From Limisphaerales bacterium (GTDB lineage: Bacteria; Verrucomicrobiota; Verrucomicrobiia; Limisphaerales; JACDHS01), in NCBI GenBank assembly GCA_046597605.1, contig JBKJKE010000237.1, positions 22,490-86,489 on the forward strand: 64,000 nucleotides of DNA. Direction: 5' to 3'. The notes beneath the pieces were generated by a model that was not told where the DNA came from, ran no database searches, and saw nothing but the letters and a program-made list of their open reading frames with translations. Shown here in pieces: positions 60,886 through 64,000 of this stretch. Numbering within the stretch: the stretch's first letter is position 1; each line of letters opens with the position of its first letter. The position numbers and the translations under genes are program-made.

Positions 60886-61086
60886 TCATTTCGATTTAGT
60901 GCGATAAGGGGAAGGCTTTTCCTGGAGTGTGCCTTCAGGACCAGAAGGAACCGAACCACCACGGATAGCGAGTTCACGTTCGCGCATGGCATCGAGCATG
61001 CGCAGTTTTTCCACCAACGGCAGGGCGGCGAGATTGCGGCGCATGGCGCGTTTGCTTTCGAGAATTTTTTCGAGGTCGAAACTCAT
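60886..61086 (-). CDS. hypothetical small protein (second gene of a two-gene module)
   Basis: 66 aa (MSFDLEKILESKRAMRRNLAALPLVEKLRMLDAMRERE...). Its start overlaps the stop of the upstream gene by 4 nt (ATGA). Confidence 0.4.
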   Translation of the reverse strand: MSFDLEKILESKRAMRRNLAALPLVEKLRMLDAMRERELAIRGGSVPSGPEGTLQEKPSPYRTKSK

Positions 61087-61616
61087 GGCGTGTCGCTGAG
61101 GAATTGTCGTTCAAACTTCTGCCAGGCGTCAACAAGTCGATGCCGGGCTATGATCTGTTGAAAGCGTGCCGCATCAAGTGCGCCAGCCTCAATAAACTGA
61201 AGCAAGCGGGCCTTGTCCTTGGCCCGTCCGGTTTGCAGGGCAATCGCGGCCAGGTGTTCCGCGGTGAAAACATGAGCGGTTGTGCCACCTATGTCCCGCG
61301 TGACAGCATCTTTCAGTGCTTCTTCCAGGAGCGCAGTTTCAGCAGGAAGAAACTGCAGGGGCCACCCGCAGACGACAATGTATTCGCCCTGCATTTCACC
61401 GCCCTGCGCTTGCAGGTAATCGAAAATAGGTTGCGGACTTACCAACAAACTTCCCAGCTCAGGGCGGAACGTCACGAAAATATCCACATCCAGCGTGGCC
61501 ATCGGTTCAAGATAAAACGTTGCGCCGACCGCTCCACCAATGGCGTAACGATCAATCACGCCGTCGGCTTGCATCTGGTTGATAGTGTTGATGGCTTCCT
61601 TGATATCCATACTCAA
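61083..61616 (-). CDS. putative minimal nucleotidyltransferase-fold protein
   Basis: 177 aa. YAIGGAVGATFYLEPMATLDVDIFV fits the G-[GS]-x(9-16)-D-x-D pattern of pol-beta-type NTases. It starts 5 nt after the stop of the hsdR-tail reading frame. Confidence 0.45.
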   Translation of the reverse strand: MSMDIKEAINTINQMQADGVIDRYAIGGAVGATFYLEPMATLDVDIFVTFRPELGSLLVSPQPIFDYLQAQGGEMQGEYIVVCGWPLQFLPAETALLEEALKDAVTRDIGGTTAHVFTAEHLAAIALQTGRAKDKARLLQFIEAGALDAARFQQIIARHRLVDAWQKFERQFLSDTP

Positions 61617-61621
61617 AATAT

Positions 61622-61810
61622 CTAAGCGGCCAGAACTTCGTTCAACTCATCCAATAACTTTGGCAGTTGCTCACCAAACAGTTGATGAGCTTTACCCAGG
61701 CCGCCGCGTTGGCTGAAGGGGGCGTATTCGAAATCTTCGGGTTCGATGCGTCCCGGCTCTTTTTGCTTATTGAGTAACTTACGGGAATCGGCTTTCCCTG
61801 GGAAGCGGAT
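61622..61810 (-). pseudogene. hsdR: type I restriction enzyme R subunit, extreme C-terminal tail (EcoEI-R-C-like), in a different frame from the tracked ORF
   Basis: My own translation of the minus strand after REP copy 3 gives ...KADSRKLLNKQKEPGRIEPEDFEYAPFSQRGGLGKAHQLFGEQLPKLLDELNEVLAA followed by a stop (61622-61624). This matches my memory of the conserved HsdR C-terminal motif PF..GGLGKA..LFG..L..LLDELN..LAA. Confidence 0.6.
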
Positions 61811-61834
61811 AAGCGGCGGGACGCCGCTTCTACT
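61811..61834 (-). repeat. REP-like element copy 3 (AGTAGAAGCGGCGTCCCGCCGCTT)
   Basis: Same 24-mer with one substitution in the 2-nt spacer between GTAG and the stem. It forms the 3' boundary of the RAYT-like fragment. Confidence 0.85.
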
Positions 61835-62341
61835 TTAAGAATCTCCTTTGCGGTAAAACTTTTCCATGAATGCAAAATCTCGCTGAGAAGATGACCGTTG
61901 GTCGGGGTCACCAAAACGTGGACGTGGTTTTTAGCGACGACGAATTCATCTAACGAATAGCGTTCGCCTTTGAAAAATTTCAGTGCTTTCTCAACCAATT
62001 CTTTGACGGGTTCGATGCCCAGAATGCAAGATCCGTAACCAGCATCCAGCCACCTTTGGATCCGGGCTGGAAACCGATCGTAAAATTCCTGGCGTGTTGT
62101 TTCGTCATGAGGTTCGGGATGAGCTTCCAACCAATCCTCCATCTCTGCACGCCAGCGTTGCAACTTTTCCTGCGAGAGTGAATCGGCCAACCGGAAGGTC
62201 ACGAAGTATGTCACCCCATCCTGGCGCCAATGAGGCAAGTTGCCGGTCAAATGTCCTACGGGAGCTTCGGGATCAAAATAGTTGATTAAGGACGGAGTAA
62301 AGTCGTCGGGAGCGGTGGGGTCGTTTAGACGGTCCAGGAGA
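61835..62341 (-). mobile_element. RAYT-like / IS200-type HUH (Y1) transposase fragment, lacking the catalytic-tyrosine C-terminus
   Basis: GNLPHWRQDGVTYFVTFRLADSL...VVAKNHVHVLVTP (HUH = HVHVL)...HSWKSFTAKEI. The homology stops about 10-15 aa before the expected WQ..Y.DR tyrosine motif, exactly at REP copy 3. Confidence 0.7.
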
Positions 62342-62365
62342 AAGCGGCGGGACGCCGCTTCTACT
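62342..62365 (-). repeat. REP-like element copy 4
   Basis: Identical to copy 3. It forms the 5' boundary of the RAYT-like fragment. Confidence 0.85.
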
Positions 62366-62616
62366 TCATCGGGATCGCAGGCGCGCAGGAGCGCACCGGC
62401 TAATGATGCAACCGATTGGCCATCGGCAACGGCGGCGATCTGTTGGCGTTGCGTGGTGTCGAGTTCGCGGTCGAGCCGGGCAAGGCGTGCGGCTAGGGTC
62501 GTGAGGGTGTCCTCATCGCGGCCAGCGGTAAAGAGGACGCGTTGCAACAATGTTTTCAACGGCACGCTTTTTTGGCGATTGAGCGGGCGGGATTCAGTTT
62601 TGTTTCGGTCAGGCAT
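62366..62616 (-). pseudogene. hsdR: probable HsdR helical-region fragment
   Basis: LTTLAARLARLDRELDTTQRQQIAAVADGQSVASLAGALLRACDPD resembles a segment I remember from the C-terminal third of type I R subunits. The helicase and nuclease parts are absent. Confidence 0.4.
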
Positions 62617-62862
62617 CGCGATCCCGTGGATGTTTATCTTTATAGGTAAATACCTGATACGCAGGCAAGAAGATTGGAAAGATAAACGGCAAATGGTGTA
62701 GTGCGCTTTTGGAGGTGCTCTCAGGTTGGGAGCGAGGCGGAGATTCGAAACTGCAAAAACCGCCGACCAGGCGCAACCGGAAGAGGGAATCCGACAAGTC
62801 TTCCAATCTGCGATTCAGAGCACCATTTCCACGCTCATTTCGGAATGTATTCCGAGGTGCTG

Positions 62863-63190
62863 AGAAAATTATCTGCCGTCAAAAACAGATTGGCGAGGTG
62901 CCGGGAAAATTTTCTCACTACTCCGCCAGATTGGAAAAGTGCTCAGATAATTTTCTCACGTCTCGGCCAGATTGGCAGAGTAGCCAGATAATTTTCTCAC
63001 GCCTCGGCAAGATTGGCGGAGTAGCCAGATAATTTTCTCACGTCCCGACAAGATTGGCGGAGTAGCCAGATAATTTTCTCGCGTCCCGGCAAGATTGGCG
63101 GAGTAGTCAGATAATTTTCTCGCGTCCCGGCAAGACTGGCAGAGTAGTGAGATAATTATCTCGCGTCCCGGCAAATCTGTCGGAGACGTG
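62863..63190. repeat. tandem array D: 8 copies of a 41-bp unit (AGATAATTTTCTCACGTCCCGGCAAGATTGGCGGAGTAGCC)
   Basis: Unit starts at 62863, 62904, 62945, 62986, 63027, 63068, 63109 and 63150. The first two units are about 65-70 percent identical to the consensus and the rest more than 85 percent. Each unit holds GTAG plus an AT-rich imperfect palindrome, which is perfect (GAGATAATTATCTC) in the last unit. Confidence 0.9.
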
Positions 63191-63419
63191 AGAAAACGCA
63201 CTTCAGACGCTTAAAGCCGTTGGTAGCATTGGGTTTTAACCGCCTGGCACCTTTCCTGGATTGCCCAATGAGCCCACACGCATTTTGCAATTTGGGGGCT
63301 GTTTTTTGAAGGGATTTTAACCACGGATTTCACGGGTAAACACGGATAAGGGATAGGTCTGAATGGGTGTGCGACCTGCCCTCCTTCCATGGTAAAGAGA
63401 ACGGCGAGGTATCACCCCT

Positions 63420-63995
63420 TCACTGACCAGGATCGGCACTTGTCCCCTGCCCGCCCCACGTTTCGGGAGCAAAGGTTCCTTCGGCCACTCGCGCGGCGAT
63501 GATTGTTTCCCAATCGAAGTCAGGAAGGGTCAGTTTGTAGCCGACGACTTCATCGTAGCGGAACTCGCCTTCGGTCGGCTTATACTGCATGACGTCAGGG
63601 CCAGGGATGTAATCTGTGAAATAGATTTGGGAACCCGGACCGTATCCCTCCTCCCGCTTCATTCTTCGCCCATAGGCGGCGACTTCCTCCCAGGTGAATG
63701 GCTTTTCACCCGGTTTCATCGGTTCGATCGGAGTCGGTTTCACTTTCCGCTCCCAACGCTGAAAATAGTCCTGCATCTCCTGGACCGGAATCCAATTGCG
63801 GATCCTGGGTCGCACAAAAGGCAGGTCGTAATGCAGGGTGATGGTGTGAGGGGGAATTTCCGGCATCATCGAGGTGATCTCATTGATGGTGAGACAGCTC
63901 GTCAGGAAGAACTCGTTGGCGGTCTCTTTGTAGGGAAACGCGAGGATGGAGCCATTATGGGAAACGACAAACGCCCGCCCGGGACCGACCGGCAT
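63420..63995 (-). CDS. hypothetical protein
   Basis: 191 aa. No family recognised. The true start may lie beyond the window edge. Confidence 0.4.
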   Translation of the reverse strand: MPVGPGRAFVVSHNGSILAFPYKETANEFFLTSCLTINEITSMMPEIPPHTITLHYDLPFVRPRIRNWIPVQEMQDYFQRWERKVKPTPIEPMKPGEKPFTWEEVAAYGRRMKREEGYGPGSQIYFTDYIPGPDVMQYKPTEGEFRYDEVVGYKLTLPDFDWETIIAARVAEGTFAPETWGGQGTSADPGQ

Positions 63996-64000
63996 GGCGA

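Overview
This is a 64-kb chromosomal segment whose gene content looks like a PVC-superphylum bacterium (Verrucomicrobiota/Planctomycetota type). Supporting genes are a DUF1559 pseudopilin-like protein, a PSCyt/DUF1549/DUF1553 + DUF1501 pair, a dehydrogenase-domain/HEAT/cytochrome c protein, and three sulfatases plus a formylglycine-generating enzyme. I call about 50 genes. Most are ordinary housekeeping, transport or hydrolase genes: lepA-lepB, lgt, rsmI, icd, anmK, PiT+DUF47, a TonB-dependent receptor, a PAS histidine kinase and a membrane-tethered ECF sigma factor. I saw no rRNA, tRNA or CRISPR array by eye.

Three things are not explained by ordinary gene calls:
1. Four noncoding tandem arrays with unrelated sequences (at 5.5, 24.4, 37.9 and 62.9 kb) all have exactly the same 41-bp period. 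Every unit carries a short palindrome.
2. The region 60.1-63.4 kb is a decayed type I restriction-modification island. Every gene-fragment boundary there is marked by a 24-nt GTAG-plus-hairpin element with REP-like architecture. Two of these elements flank a truncated RAYT-like (IS200-type HUH) transposase fragment, and together they produce a chimeric 324-aa ORF.
3. A compact sorC / secreted glycerophosphodiesterase / AraM-EgsA-type glycerol-1-phosphate dehydrogenase / VOC / GlpT-like transporter operon lies at 16-21 kb.

All family assignments come from motif recognition by eye and memory. No database search or computation was run, and coordinates of repeats and hairpins were counted by hand.
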